Assembly (NCBI RefSeq): GCF_006345805.1
Contig: NC_043006.1
Coordinates: 17,608,001 to 17,672,000, forward strand
From: Octopus sinensis
Lineage: Eukaryota
DNA length: 64,000 bases
Direction: 5' to 3'
Part shown: positions 37,558-50,268 of the stretch, piece after piece
Numbering within the stretch: position 1 is the first letter of the stretch
Layout: each line of letters begins with the position of its first letter
The notes under the pieces: generated by a model
The model's input: only the letters and a program-made list of their open reading frames with translations
Databases searched by the model: none
Told to the model about the DNA's origin: nothing
Translations under genes and position numbers: made by a program

Positions 37558-38145
37558 TTCATCATTTAGCATCCGCTTTTCCTATGCTTGCATGGGTTAC
37601 ACAGAATTTGTTGAGGTAAATTCCTATGTCCAGATGTCCTTCTTGTTGGCAACCATTACTTGTTTCCAATCTAGTTAATATTTCCCTGAGTCAGACATAT
37701 TTTCCACAGAAGACTAAAGACAAACAACATTGCTTGTATGACATACCTATTTCTTTTTTACCCACAAGGGGCTAAACACAGAGGGGACAAACAAGGACAG
37801 ACATAGTTATTAAGCCGATTACATCGACCCCAGTGCGTAACTGGTACTTAATTTATTGACCCCGAAAGGATGAAAGGCAAAGTCGACCTCGGCAGAATTT
37901 GAACTCACAACGTAACGCAGACGAAATACCGCTAAGCATTTCGCCTGGCGTGCTAACGTTTCTGCCAGCTCGCTTGCTTGTATGACATACCACTCATTCA
38001 CAACCATCATGAGATATAGAACAAAGTTACACACAGTAGTCTTCTTTCAGTTTACATCTACCAAATCCACTCACAAGGCTTGGGGTCATAGTGGATGCCA
38101 TTTGCTCAAGGGGTTGTGCAATGGAACTGAACCTGAGACCACACA
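37558..38145 (-). mobile_element. SINE S3 interrupted by S2
   Basis: Tail at 37558-37747; head at 37974-38145. Confidence 0.7.
37748..37973 (-). mobile_element. SINE S2 (long tail) with 16-18 bp TSD
   Basis: TSD ttgcttgtatgacatacc at 37730-37747 and 37974-37991. Confidence 0.92.
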
Positions 38146-38779
38146 GTTTAAATGCTAAAGGGCTGAATTAAAAACCTTCCATTAAAATTTCTTTACTAAT
38201 TTATGCTCCAAACATCAACTTAATAATGACAAAAGATTATTTTAGTAAATACTTCATTACCTTTAAAATTAATTCAAACAAGTACAGTGTATTTTAACAG
38301 AAATATTGTAAAAGGGTTAAAAGTTCAATGATTACGATCAACAGTTGTTAAAGAAGTTAAAATGTCAGTGTAAAAGATGTGAATATGATTTGGTTTTGAT
38401 AGTAGAAACCTACACTCCTTCTGTCACTGCAAATATCAAATATATTGACAGTTTTCCATTTAAATGTTTGTTTTACATTATTGAAAAGTGCATCCATATA
38501 TGTGTACAGTGACCCTTATGGCATTAAAATAAATGTTTTTTTAAAATTTTTTTTATTCAGTTTCTGGTTGTAATTCTTTTACTTTAGTTAACCCTTTCAA
38601 AGCTTAAATCTAAAATAAAATGTGCTCCCAGTGTATTTCACCTAATTCTGAAATAATCGAGGATTTGGAGGGATTTTTTAAGCTAACTTTTCCCAAATTA
38701 TGTTGGTGTTTGGAATGTAACAAAAGATTCTTGAAATTTGGATTGAAAAGTGAAATTAAAATAAAATCTCTTTACCTCA

Positions 38780-39005
38780 TGTCATGTTAAAATATTTATG
38801 TTAAAATACACTGCCTTATTTTTCCTAATTAATTTTGGAAATAATGATGAATTTAGAAATATAACTGTCATCATAAAGCTGATGTTTTTTGGAACATAAA
38901 TTAACATGAAAGTTTGATGAAAGGTTTCAATTTAGATCACTTCAAATCAGGAAATTTGTATCATAGAATCAAGAGTGATGTCATGTAGGTTGTAATCAAA
39001 AGGGT
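38780..39005 (+). mobile_element. TTAA MITE family C
   Basis: Ends aatcaaaaggg|ttaa; family C body. Confidence 0.7.
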
Positions 39006-39090
39006 TAAAGCAGAAAGTTTTGTATCAGAGAACTAGGGATCTTAGTGGGCAGGTTTGTTTCAAAGAGAATCACTAAATCCCCTTACTTAA

Positions 39091-39296
39091 CCCTTTCGTT
39101 ACTGTATTTATTTTGAGATGCTCTGTGTTTCTTTCACTTATTTCAAATATAACAAAATTTAGTAAAATAACTTAGCTATCATTAAGCTAGTGTTAGGAGT
39201 ATAAATTGGTGGAAGATTTTTATTCAAAACTTATGAAAATAAGACATATGTACTACAGAGCCAGAGCCGGTTTCAGCTGGGTTAGTTACCAAAGGG
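39091..39296 (+). mobile_element. TTAA MITE family B
   Basis: ttaa|ccctttcgttac...ccaaaggg|ttaa. Confidence 0.85.
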
Positions 39297-40061
39297 TTAA
39301 GGCATACACGTGAGGCTTATCTAAAGTCTGTAGACTTAATCACTTCTTTATCAGTACTATTGTTTAGTGACAAATTTTAATTGCAAACATCTAAATTCAT
39401 CCAAATAATCTCTCTCTCTCCCTCTCTTTCTCTCTGTCACACACATGCACATACATCTTTTTTATAAACATTCCAATATTTTTTCTTTTTTATAATACTT
39501 CTAATCATTATGTTAAGTTTGTTATTATCAAATTATTTTCAGTTTGTTCCTGGGTCAAATTTTATTTTTCCAACCATGCAAGGGATTGTTGCTATTGCTG
39601 TTGCACTTATTATTACCCAGGAATAAGTAATTTTCAGCACCTAACCTTCAGTCTGAAAACATCTATAGTATTATCATGTGTTTCCCTCTCATGCCAGCTG
39701 CATTGAGGCTTGCCATACACATTTGGTATAAACTTCATAAGAAGGTAGATATTTCTGTGCATTTTGCTTCATAAGAGCATACTTGGCAATTTTGCTTTGC
39801 TTGCGCTTACTTTTTACAAATTAAAGCATAAAACAAATTTTCAGCATTTATTCATATTTTATAAATTAATTTACACCTTTTAAAGAAAACGGAAATATTA
39901 AATAAATGTCTTAAACAATTTGCTTCAAAACTTATAAATGTGTCAAGAGCAAAATTTAATGCAAATTTATTCATTTCTATCTAAGTCATATGAAATCCTT
40001 CCATATCATGTTTATTGTCGTTTATTATATAAGCGGGGGTGGGATAATAAATATATTATAT

Positions 40062-40196
40062 CATTATCATCATCATTTGCTTTCCATGCTAGCATGGGTT
40101 GGACGAATGACTGAGGGCTGGTGAACCAGATGGCTGTACCAGGCTTCAATCTTGATCTGGCAGAGTTTCTACAGCTGGATGCCCTTCCTAACGCCA
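40062..40196 (-). mobile_element. RTE 3' end copy
   Basis: catcatcat..tttccatgctagcatgggttggacg..ggatgcccttcctaacgcca. Confidence 0.8.
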
Positions 40197-40507
40197 TGAG
40201 GTTGTGAATATAACTGAAACCGAACATAAGTCTTGGAGTATAGCACTTCACTGTTCACATTTCAAGACCTGCTTTAGTTGACTGATTTCTGTAAATTATA
40301 TATAATACTATTTTATTCCTTAGCTCTTTATTTAGTTTCTGTCATTAACTGCAGCCATTCTGGGGTTTTACCTTCAAGGGTTTCACTCAATTAAATTAAC
40401 CCCAGTACTTTTTTCAGTGTGCTCCATATTTCAGAAATTTGTTTGTTAAAAGTTACAGGTCATTAACAACAAAACCAGTCTTTAGACCAGCATAAGCACA
40501 TACTCAT

Positions 40508-40792
40508 ATTCTTTTACTTGTTTCAGTCATTTGAGACTGTGGCCATGTTGGAGCACCACCTTTAGTTGAGCAAATCGACCCCAGGACTTATTCTTTATAC
40601 ATGTGAGTGGATGAGTATTCCAAGAACAATCCGCCTGAGGAGCTCCTATACAGTTTCTATCTGCCTAATTTCGCACATAAGGAGTCAAGCCAGGGTTATA
40701 GAGATGGATTTGCCCAAGATGCCAGGCAGAGGGCTTGAAGCTGGGACTTAGTGGTTGTGAAGCAAACTTCTTAATCATCCAGGCATATGCCC

Positions 40793-40842
<50 letters not shown>
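40508..40842 (-). mobile_element. Degenerate SINE S1 followed by (GT)n
   Basis: S1 tail and head motifs; (GT)n at 40796-40842. Confidence 0.7.
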
Positions 40843-40846
<4 letters not shown>

Positions 40847-41771
40847 GACATATGCAACAAGAAAATTTCCAGTAATCTTTTGTGGTCCTTGGTACTATCA
40901 AATATGCAGTTGACCAATGACTGACTCCTCTGGAAGCTTCATAACCAAGTGACCAGATTTGTGTTGTAATATTTATCTGGTTTAAACCGAACAATATCTA
41001 AGTGTGAAATATGTTGTGAATATTATTTTCATTTCGCTTGAAATATCAAATATTGCACTAGATAAACTATGAAACAGTATTCAATATTGATGACATGAAT
41101 ATATATGTATTGGCTTCTTATCTCATTGTATACACCTGAGTATATATTAAGCTGACAGTAGATTTCATTGCAATGTGAAAACTCAGGTGCATTTTTACAA
41201 ATGCAGATTCATAATTTTGTATTATGATCATTCACGTTTGATTAGTGTTTGTGCTTGTAAAATAACACAACTGACATATGATGTTTGTCTCGTACGTTGC
41301 CATTTGTGAATATTGAGAATATTTGGGTATTTTTTTGTAAATGGAAGAAACAGGATCTATGATATGCCACAATACATTTTCTTCAACAATGTATATCGTT
41401 CTCTGTGACAATATAACATGGTCTGTCATAAAATTTAATGTCTCTCTCTCTTTTTCACTCTGTATATTGGAATCATCTCAGTGATTTTCCATAATGGAAT
41501 TGTATCATTGCCTAAGTAAGATCATATTTAGTTGTGAGATTGCTAACAGAGAATGTATTTTATCTCAAGGTATATGAATAAAAAAAGAAAAAATGATCAC
41601 CCTAAGTTGTCATCAGAAATGAAACTTTATCAGTGTCGATAGCAGATATTCAATATAATAGTTAGGAAGTGTCTCTATTACATAAAGTTTCTCCATAATT
41701 GACAATAAATTGCAATAAATGCATTAGCAAAATCTGGGATTGTAACATATCTTATCAATATTTATCATCAG

Positions 41772-42420
41772 TAAGGCAGCAAGCTGGCAGAATCGTCAAC
41801 ATGCCAGGCAAGATGCTTAGTGGCATTTTGTCTGATTTTATGCTGTGAGTTCAAATCCCGCCAAGGTTGACTTTGCCTGTCATTCTTTCAGGGTTAATAA
41901 AATAAGTACCGGTTGAATACTGAGGTCAATGTAATTGACTTACCTCCTCCCTCAAAATTACTGACCTTGTGCCAAAATTTTAAACCAATATTTATCATTA
42001 GTACAAGCACTGCTGCGCTAGTAAGGAGCTTGCTTCTCAACTACGTGGTCTTCAGTTCAATCCCACCGTACAGCACCTTGGTCAAGTGTTTTCTACTGTA
42101 GCCCTAAGTTGACCAAAATCTTGTGAGTGGCTTTGGTAGACAGACACTGAAAGAAACCTGTTGTGTGTGTAGACATTGCATGGTGATCGTAAATGAGCAT
42201 CATCATCATCATCATCATCATCATCATAATAATAATAATAATAATAATACAAGCAAGATTGTTTGTTTCCAGTTTTGTGTGAAAACCATGTCTAGCTATA
42301 GGAAAATATTATGTTGCTTGGAAACAGATGAGGGTTGGTGACAGGAAGACCATTGATTATCTGCCTCAGCAAATTCTGTCTAACCCATGCAGACATGGAA
42401 AAGTAAATGTTAAATGATGG
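41772..42420 (+). mobile_element. Adjacent SINE S2 (41772-41990) and SINE S3 (about 42000-42420)
   Basis: Family motifs as above; S3 carries internal (CAT)n(AAT)n. Confidence 0.7.
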
Positions 42421-44544
42421 TGAATTTAAGCAGGTCTTTGGTTTGTTATTGCTTTGGATGAATTTAGCCTGGCGTTTCAGTCTGCTATCAAATAAATTTC
42501 ACTTTGCTAGAATGTTTCCAAAAATCATCAACATCTTTATTACATTTACTGAGATTATTGAACTTTTCCTTGTCAGTTGTCTAACAACATTACATGTTTA
42601 GTACTTCACATATCATTCCCAGCAATATGTCTGTTATATTTATTGTTTGTGTTGTTATGCCACTGAAAACTGGAGCTTTATTTCCTGTCTGTCGTATTCT
42701 TGGCAGTAATATCTGTTAATCCCTTCCAAACTTTTCTTTCACTATTGTTAGACATCATGTAAAACTATTTCTTTTTCTATCGCTATAAAAGAAATCATTT
42801 CTTTTTATTCTTTGTTGATGTGTAAGATTCACCTTTACTGGATTATATATCTGTCTTTTGATTGTTGTCATTATTATTTTGGGTGCAGGAATGGGGCTGT
42901 GTGATTAAAAAGTTCACTTTGAAAGCAATGGTTTTAGGTTCAGTCCCATTGTGTGGTGCTTTGGGCAATGTTTCATATTATAGGCCCTGGGCTGAGCAAA
43001 ATCCTCTCAGCTACAAATACTACTACTAATAATAATTATTTCAGGCACAAGGCCAGAAACTTGGATGGAAAGATTAGTTAATTTATCCTTAAACAGTGGG
43101 AAAGGGTTGCATGAATAAGTGTGCCAAATAAGCAAAATATAAAAATATCTCTTTATTTTCTCTTTAAATCAATACAAAATCTGCAATAATAGTTAATCTC
43201 TCACTGATGAAATAAAATTTACAGTCCCATTATCAAAAACTGCTGTAAAATATTCACTTTCTTTTGATAATGTCTGCCATTTAAGGACTAATTCAACCCT
43301 AGTTCTGGACTGGTACATTTTATCAGCCCTGGAGGACAAAGACAAATTTAACCCCAGTCGGTGTTGAACATAGAATGTTAAGAAGCAAATCATAACAAAA
43401 AACTTCTTTTTTTTTTTTTTTGATATTTTAATGATTCATTCAATCAACTTTATAATAATAATAGTAATTTCTTTTTATCAGCCATAGGGACATAGATATG
43501 GGGGATATCACAAGGACAGAAAACAATTTGGGTGGGGATTTACATAAATGACAGGGAGAATAAAATGGAAAGTGTGATCAAAGTATATAAAGTATGTGAT
43601 AACAGCAAAGGATGCAGTTCTTTTGATACAAGAGAAACTCTCCAACTTGAGGTATTATCAGAATATCTGGAGTTCAGAGTTGAAACACTTGCCTGATGTA
43701 TTCTATTTCTCTCAGTATCTCTTGACTGTTCAGATATCATATCAGAAATTTTTCTTTTCTCTGGCTATTAAACTTAGGTGCTATTGAAGGAAACATCAAA
43801 TATTGAAAAGAAGCTTAACGTCTTCCACTTATTTTATCAACTACAGAAGGATGAAAGGCAAAATTTGGTCAGCAGGATATCAATTCAAGACATGTTGTGA
43901 TGTAATTAAACTATTATAATGTAGCAATTTAGCTCAGCAACACGTGGCCTTATTCTGTTGATAGACATGTTAATCGATTTCACTATTTCCACTATTACAA
44001 GCCAAATTATGGAGTTTTTACATGCTAGAAACAGCGACCAAATGTCCCTCAACTCTCATCCTACTGAATTTTAAAATGATACATTTAATAATGTTGTCCT
44101 GGATATAATTTATTAAAAATCAAAATAGGTGGTTATGGCTGGAATGTTTTCTGTCATATCTGCTTGATCATATCTGACCTAGGGCTGAACTGCCACAAAA
44201 TCTAATTATTGTTGGTATAGCAATAAATAGATGTGTCTGAATAGATTTCTTTATTGCTGGCATGTTAAAATAACTATTTCAATATGACATTCATGATACT
44301 TCAAAATTTTTTCTTATTTCTTAATTTTTGCTTTCTATGGTTTACCTTTAGTGTAATCCATTCAGTTTGTTACAATGCATCCATGTTTTTTTTTTTTTTT
44401 AATATAACCCTTTCGTTACTGTATTTATTTTGAGATGCACTGTGTTTCTTTCAGTTACTTTATATATAACAAAGAATTTAGTAAAATAACTTTGAAAAGA
44501 AGGCCCATCAAGCTAAGTGAAATTGTAGTCATGGCAGATACTAG

Positions 44545-44888
44545 TGTCATGCAACTGGCACCTGTGCCAGTGGCATGTAAAAGCACACATTGCACTCTTG
44601 GAGTGGTTGGCATTAGGAAGGGCATCCAGCCATAGAAACCATGCCATGTTAGACTGAAGTCTGGTGCAGCCCCTCAGCTTACTAGCCCTAGTCAAACTGT
44701 CCAACTCATGCCAGAATGGACAACAGACATTAAATGATGGCGTTAGGAAGGGCATCCAGCCGTAGAAACACTGCCAGATCTGACTGGGCCTGACGAAGCC
44801 TTCCAGCTTCACAGACCCCAGTTGACCCGTCCAACCCATGCTAGCATGGAAAACAGACGCTAAATGATGATGATGATGATGATGATGT
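44545..44888 (+). mobile_element. Head-to-tail dimer of RTE 3' ends
   Basis: Two successive aggaagggcatccagcc...ccaacccatgc...taaatgatg units. Confidence 0.8.
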
Positions 44889-45220
44889 AGCATGACAAAG
44901 CAGAATTATGTGCATCCTATAATTCAATTATGTCATTTACAGCCCAGTGTGTACACATCTAAAACCACACTGGGCTATAAATTTTCTCCCGACATTGGTT
45001 TTGCAGCAAAAGGTCTTTCCCTGTCCAAGTGTACACAAATGTGTTGAATATGATTGTACACACTTGTATTTTCATAGCTTCCATAATGAAAACCACACCT
45101 AGTTCTTTGCACAGACTGGCCTCTACTGAATCTACCATAAAAGCTAGGTGGTGGTCTTAAATTAGGCAACAGATTACGTCTAAATTTTACTTTGAAGAAG
45201 CTCGTCTTCCAGATGTTTTA

Positions 45221-45256
<36 letters not shown>

Positions 45257-47601
45257 TTGTGTGTGTATTATGCACACACACACACAGAATTTTAGCTTAG
45301 TGGGAGAGTTGAGATTTTGAAAGTGAAATGTTAAATTATTGAATATGCATGTGTGTCAATGTATGTGTAATCTATTCTCTTTAAAAGCCTCGTTATTTGA
45401 AATTCTTAGCCGTTTAACTTAATGTGCATAGTTTGTGATAAATTATGGAATTCCAGTTTTTTTTTTTTTGTGTACATTCTATTCATATATATTCTATCCT
45501 GTCCAAGGGGTTTGGCATGGCTGTGTGATTATGAAGCTCACTTTGCAACCAGGTGGTTTGGGGGTTCAGTCCTACTGCATGCCACTTTGGACAAGTGTCC
45601 TTTGCTATAATCTTGAACCAATCAATGCTGTATAAAACTGTGAGGAAACCTGTTCTGTATCATCACTACCATCACCCTTGCCACCAACATCATCATCATC
45701 ATCTGTCCATTTTAAGTAAGGTTGGACATTTGACAGGAACCAGAGTTCAAGAACTGTATCATGCTCCACTGTCTATTTTGGCATAGCTTCTATGGCCCTT
45801 CCTAACACCAATAAATTTATAGCATGTACGGAGTGCTTTTTTTTTTTGTCTGTTTGTTTGTTTTGCACCACCAGATGAGGGGCTAAAGTATGAGAGAAGG
45901 GGCCAGAGCAGAACAAGTTTCTTGTTGTAGAGGGGTTAATTATGGCTATTCAGGTTTTCGAAGAGAGGTTGGTGGGTGACTTGGGTGGAGCAGGGAAGAG
46001 ATAAAAGCGGTGCTGATGAAATGCCTGCTGTGTCGATCTTCGAATATATGATACATGTGAAAGGCACCTGTGCCAGTGACTCATAGGAAGCACCCAGTAC
46101 ACTGGTGTTAGGAAGGGCATCCAGCCATAGAAACCAAACTAAAACACACTGAAGCCTGGTGCAGCTTCTCAGGCTTATTACTTCCACTCAAACCGTCTTA
46201 CCCATACCAGCAGGGAAAATGGATGCTAAATGATGATGATGTGTATGTGTGCATGTATGTGTCTTTGTGTTTGCCGTATCACCTGATAATTGGTGTTGGT
46301 TTGTTTACATCCCTATAGGTATCAGTTTGTGGCAAAAGTGATTGATAGAGTAAGTGATTGATAGAGTAAGTACCAGATTTAAAAAGAAAAAAACAAAAAG
46401 CATAGTAATGTTTCAGTTGAATTAAACCCTTCAAGATGATGCCCCAGCATGGTCATGCTAAACTGACGGAAACAGGTGAAAGAATAAAAGGAGTATATCA
46501 GCATGTTACTCTTTTGATCTTCTTCTGTTAGCCAAGCTCGGTCAAATTTCTGTGTCACATACTTTGAATTACAACTAGAATTACGTTGATATGATTAATT
46601 AGAAATTTATTGGACTGATTAGAGACAAGCACATATTCATTGCTTGAGTGAAGAAGGAATAAAAAAAAGATATTTTACAAATTTTATTTGCAATGAAGAG
46701 TTATTTTATTGAAGAAATTTATTACACAATTTAAAAAAACAAGATAAAATTAAACAAGGATCTCAACTTCAGAAAGCTTGCAATTCATTGAAATTCTAAG
46801 ACTTGAAATACATTTGACTCTTCTGACATTGGTCAGCTTGTAAACATGTTCCACTAACGACTGTCACTTAAGCTCATCATGAAAACCGAAGTTTACAGAA
46901 TCACTGAAATCAAATCTAATGTTCAATTTTATTTCACCATTTTTCTTTGCTTTTTATTTTACTTAGAATTTGTAACATTTTTTTTACTTAGAATTTGTAA
47001 AAAAAAAAAAAAATTCACTTAATTGTAATGTATGTTATTTCCTTATGCATTTAGCCAATCAAATTCACATAAATTTGATGCTGCATGGTTCCATGCTTTG
47101 AATAGTAACGCAATTAACTGAATCATATCATTATCTATTATGCAATTAAGCACAATTGGCTGTATGTTCTATTCGTTTCGGTCATTTAATTGGGACCATA
47201 CCGGAGCAGTAGTTTCTCAGTTTTTCGATGGTTATATTGATCCTAGTCCTTTGTGTGATGCTTTTTTTTTCTCCAATCTCTTTTTATTAAACGGCTAAGA
47301 ACACCTTGGTTTAAAGGGGAGTAAATGACATGGAATAAATACCACTAGGTACTTTTGCTCAATGTACCAATTTATCAGCAATTCCTTGCTAATATGCACA
47401 TAATGGGTTTTTGCCTGTTTTCTGTCAACCACAAATTTCACTTGCCTGGGCCATAATTTGGAAGACATTTACTTAAGATGGGATAGAACTGGGAACCACA
47501 AAATTCTGAATGAGCTTCTTAACCACCTTCTTGCATCTGCATGTGTGTGTGAGTATAAACACACACGTGCATACACATATATAGTTTATAGTTCCTTTAT
47601 A

Positions 47602-47932
47602 GGCGCATGGTTCAATGGTTAGAGTGTCGAGCTTATGATCATGAGGTTGTGAGTTCGAATCCTGGACTGGGCTGCGTGGTGTGTTCTTGAGCAAGACACT
47701 TTATTTCACGTTGCTCCAGTTCACTCAGCTGTAGAAATGAGTTGTGACGTCACTGGTGCCAAGCTGTATCGGCCGTTGCCTTTCCCTTGGATAACACTGG
47801 TGGCGTGGAGAGGGGAGGCTGGTATGCATGGGCGACTGCTGGTCTTCCATAAACAACTTTGCCCAGACTTGTGCCTGGGAGGGTAACTTTCTAGGTGCAA
47901 TCCCACGGTCAGTCATGACCGAAGGAGGTCTC
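47602..47932 (+). mobile_element. tRNA-derived SINE family S5
   Basis: A-box-like tggttcaatgg, B-box gagttcgaatcc, central gtgttcttgagcaagacactttatttcacgttgctccag shared with S4, distinct 3' half. Confidence 0.85.
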
Positions 47933-48218
47933 AATAGGTCAGATCAACAAAAATAATACTGTTCTGTGAGAGATAAATATAATTTAATTTACACAATTTA
48001 CAATAGATTTGTTAATTTATTGTATCTTTAAAGCATGGAAATATTAGTAACTCTTTTGTAAACTGTGTATATTAAATGATATATGGTGAACATCATTTAA
48101 TGTCCTTATTTTCCTGCTGACATGGGCTGGACTGTTTGACAAGAAGTCAAGTGAGAGGGCTCTGCCAGGTTCTATGTCTGCTTTGGCATTGTTTCTGCAG
48201 CTAAAGCATACATATATA

Positions 48219-48380
48219 GGCGCAGGAGTGGCTGTGTGGTAAGTAGCTTGCTAACCAACCACATGGTTCCGGGTTCAGTCCCACTGCGTGGCATCTTGGG
48301 CAAGTGTCTTCTGCTATAGCCCCGGGCCGACCAATGCCTTGTGAGTGGATTTGGTAGACGGAAACTGAAAGAAGCCTGTC

Positions 48381-48444
<64 letters not shown>

Positions 48445-48659
48445 GTGTTTGTGTGTCTGTGTTTGTCCCCCTAGCATTGCTTGACAACCGATGCTGGTGT
48501 GTTTATGTCCCCGTTACTTAGCGGTTCGGCAAAAGAGACCGATAGAATAAGTACTGGGCTTACAAAAAGAATAAGTCCCGGGGTCGAGTTGCTCGATTAA
48601 AGGTGGTGCTCCAGCATGGCCGCAGTCAAATGACTGAAACAAGTAAAAGAGTAAAAGAG
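48219..48659 (+). mobile_element. SINE S1, full length and young (CORE-type; probably an OR-type octopus SINE)
   Basis: ggcgcaggagtggctgtgtggtaag..gggttcagtccc..cttgggcaagtg (CORE-like)..(TA)n..gactgaaacaagtaaaagagtaaaagag; nearly identical to 62735-63148. Family name is from memory of the literature. Confidence 0.92.
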
Positions 48660-49497
48660 TATATCATCATAAACATCAACACCATCATGAACATCAACAT
48701 CATCATCAATTTTATATCCATTTCATTCTGCTGACCTGCTTTGCGCAGATCAAATACACTTTTCAATCTTGCATCTCTGACATCTTCCTCTCCATCTAGC
48801 ATTTTAAATCCCAGCATTCATAAACTTTTCACTCCATGTAAAATCTGAGTTCGACTCCGATCTATTGAGTGCATCAATTTATTCCATTAATCCTTTTGTT
48901 CGCCTATTTCTAAACAAATACACCACCTTTTGTTCCTACCAATTTTGAAAATATTAAAGAATTTATTAAAACGACTCTTTGGTGTCTGGAACATAAATTA
49001 ACAGGAAATTCTGATGAAAGTTTAGATCACTCTAAATATGAAGTTTGTATTTTAGAACCAAAGTGGTCTTCGGTATCTAAGTATATAAAGGGTTATGACT
49101 CGAGCAAGGGCCATAGGGCAGTGCCACTGCTCTACACACACACAGATATTGTGGGTGGCAGCCAGAGAAAGCCCACTCAGGGAACTAGCATTCAATTACT
49201 AATGGAGACATATTGGTCTCTGGCCCACGGACATGTTGTCTCCTCATTCTTCAGGAACTGGTTTTTGTGAAACTCTCTTTAAATTTTGAAATATTATTCT
49301 CAAGTAAAGTTTCCATATCTATTCTCTCAAATAGATATTCAAACTGGTGGCTTGGCAGGGTTGGTAAACTGGCAGACAAAAAAAAAAATGCCTTCCTTTA
49401 CATTCTGAGTTCAAATCCTGTTGGGGTCAGTTTGCTTTTTATCCTTCTTGAATTGTGTAATAAGAACCAGTCAAGTACTAGTAACAATATAATAACC

Positions 49498-49735
49498 TTA
49501 TTTACATTATTTACATTTGACGGATATTTGTCCTCATCCTGTTTGTTGTTAACACAGTGTTTCGGCTGATATACTCTCCAACCTTCTTCAGGTGTCTTGG
49601 GGAAATTTTGAACCTGAGTTCTCATTCCTAAGGTATTTTTCGATGTTAATTATTATTGTTCAGGTCACTGCTTGGAATCAAACTCGGAATCTTGGGGTTA
49701 GTAGCCCTCGCTCTTAACCACTATGCCATGTGCCC
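49498..49735 (-). mobile_element. tRNA-Ser-like headed short element (S6) carrying a hammerhead motif
   Basis: - strand: gggcacaTGGCATAGTGGttaagagcg (A-box), ggg-CTACTAA-ccc anticodon-like arm, GAGTTTGATTCC (B-box with 1 mismatch), spacer, hammerhead motif, 3' tail. Confidence 0.7.
49551..49596 (-). ncRNA. Minimal type I hammerhead ribozyme-like motif (probably inactivated copy)
   Basis: - strand: GACAC CTGAAGA A GGTTGG agagtata TCAGCC GAAA CACT GTGTT. Has stem I (GACAC/GTGTT), core CUGANGA, 6 bp stem II and GAAA; the U of the NUH cleavage triplet is absent (CACT). Confidence 0.6.
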
Positions 49736-50268
49736 ATGGACATATGGCGTAGTGGTTAACAACAAACAAGACGAGGACAAATATCCATCGAATGTAAATA
49801 ATGTACATAATTCCTCATCTCTTAAACATAGAAGAATGTAATAACCTATTCTCTCACCACCACCACAGAAAAAAAAAAGAAGCGAAAACCAATTATATTT
49901 CTGGCCTTGTGCCACAAATCAGTATGATTACAGTCACCTTTTATGTCTTTGAAATAAGTATTTCCAACTGTCATCTTCATTCCAAATTTTTATTAGCTTC
50001 ATTTTTCTCAAGCAACTATAATTTAGTGAAACCTTATCATTTTTCCTTCTTGTTTAAGAGTTGGTGACCTAATTAGTTATTTGTTGTTGCAAGGGAAAAA
50101 GTTTTCTGCTTACAAATTACTAAGAAAGTGTAATGAAAGAGACAACAACAACAACCAAAAACAATGAAAAAAAAAAAAAAGGAAGAAGCTTTGTTCGTAA
50201 AGACAACCTGTTAGAAATGCTGCCAGTATCCATTACAGGAGTTGGGAACTTGTTAGTTTATTTCATAG

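Noticed and set aside
46010-46045. Other CTGANGA motifs (also near 20060, 32820, 43204, 49011 and 57625)
   Set aside because: None has a stem II followed by GAAA and a closing stem I.
47602-47675. Possible tRNA genes (also 63389-63455 and 49665-49735)
   Set aside because: A and B boxes are present but there is no complete acceptor stem, and each continues into a repeat body, so they are SINE heads.
49398-49915. Three short ORFs sharing NNKQDEDKYPSNVNN or FTFDGYLSSSCLLLT
   Set aside because: They are translations of the inverted repeat arms, not proteins.
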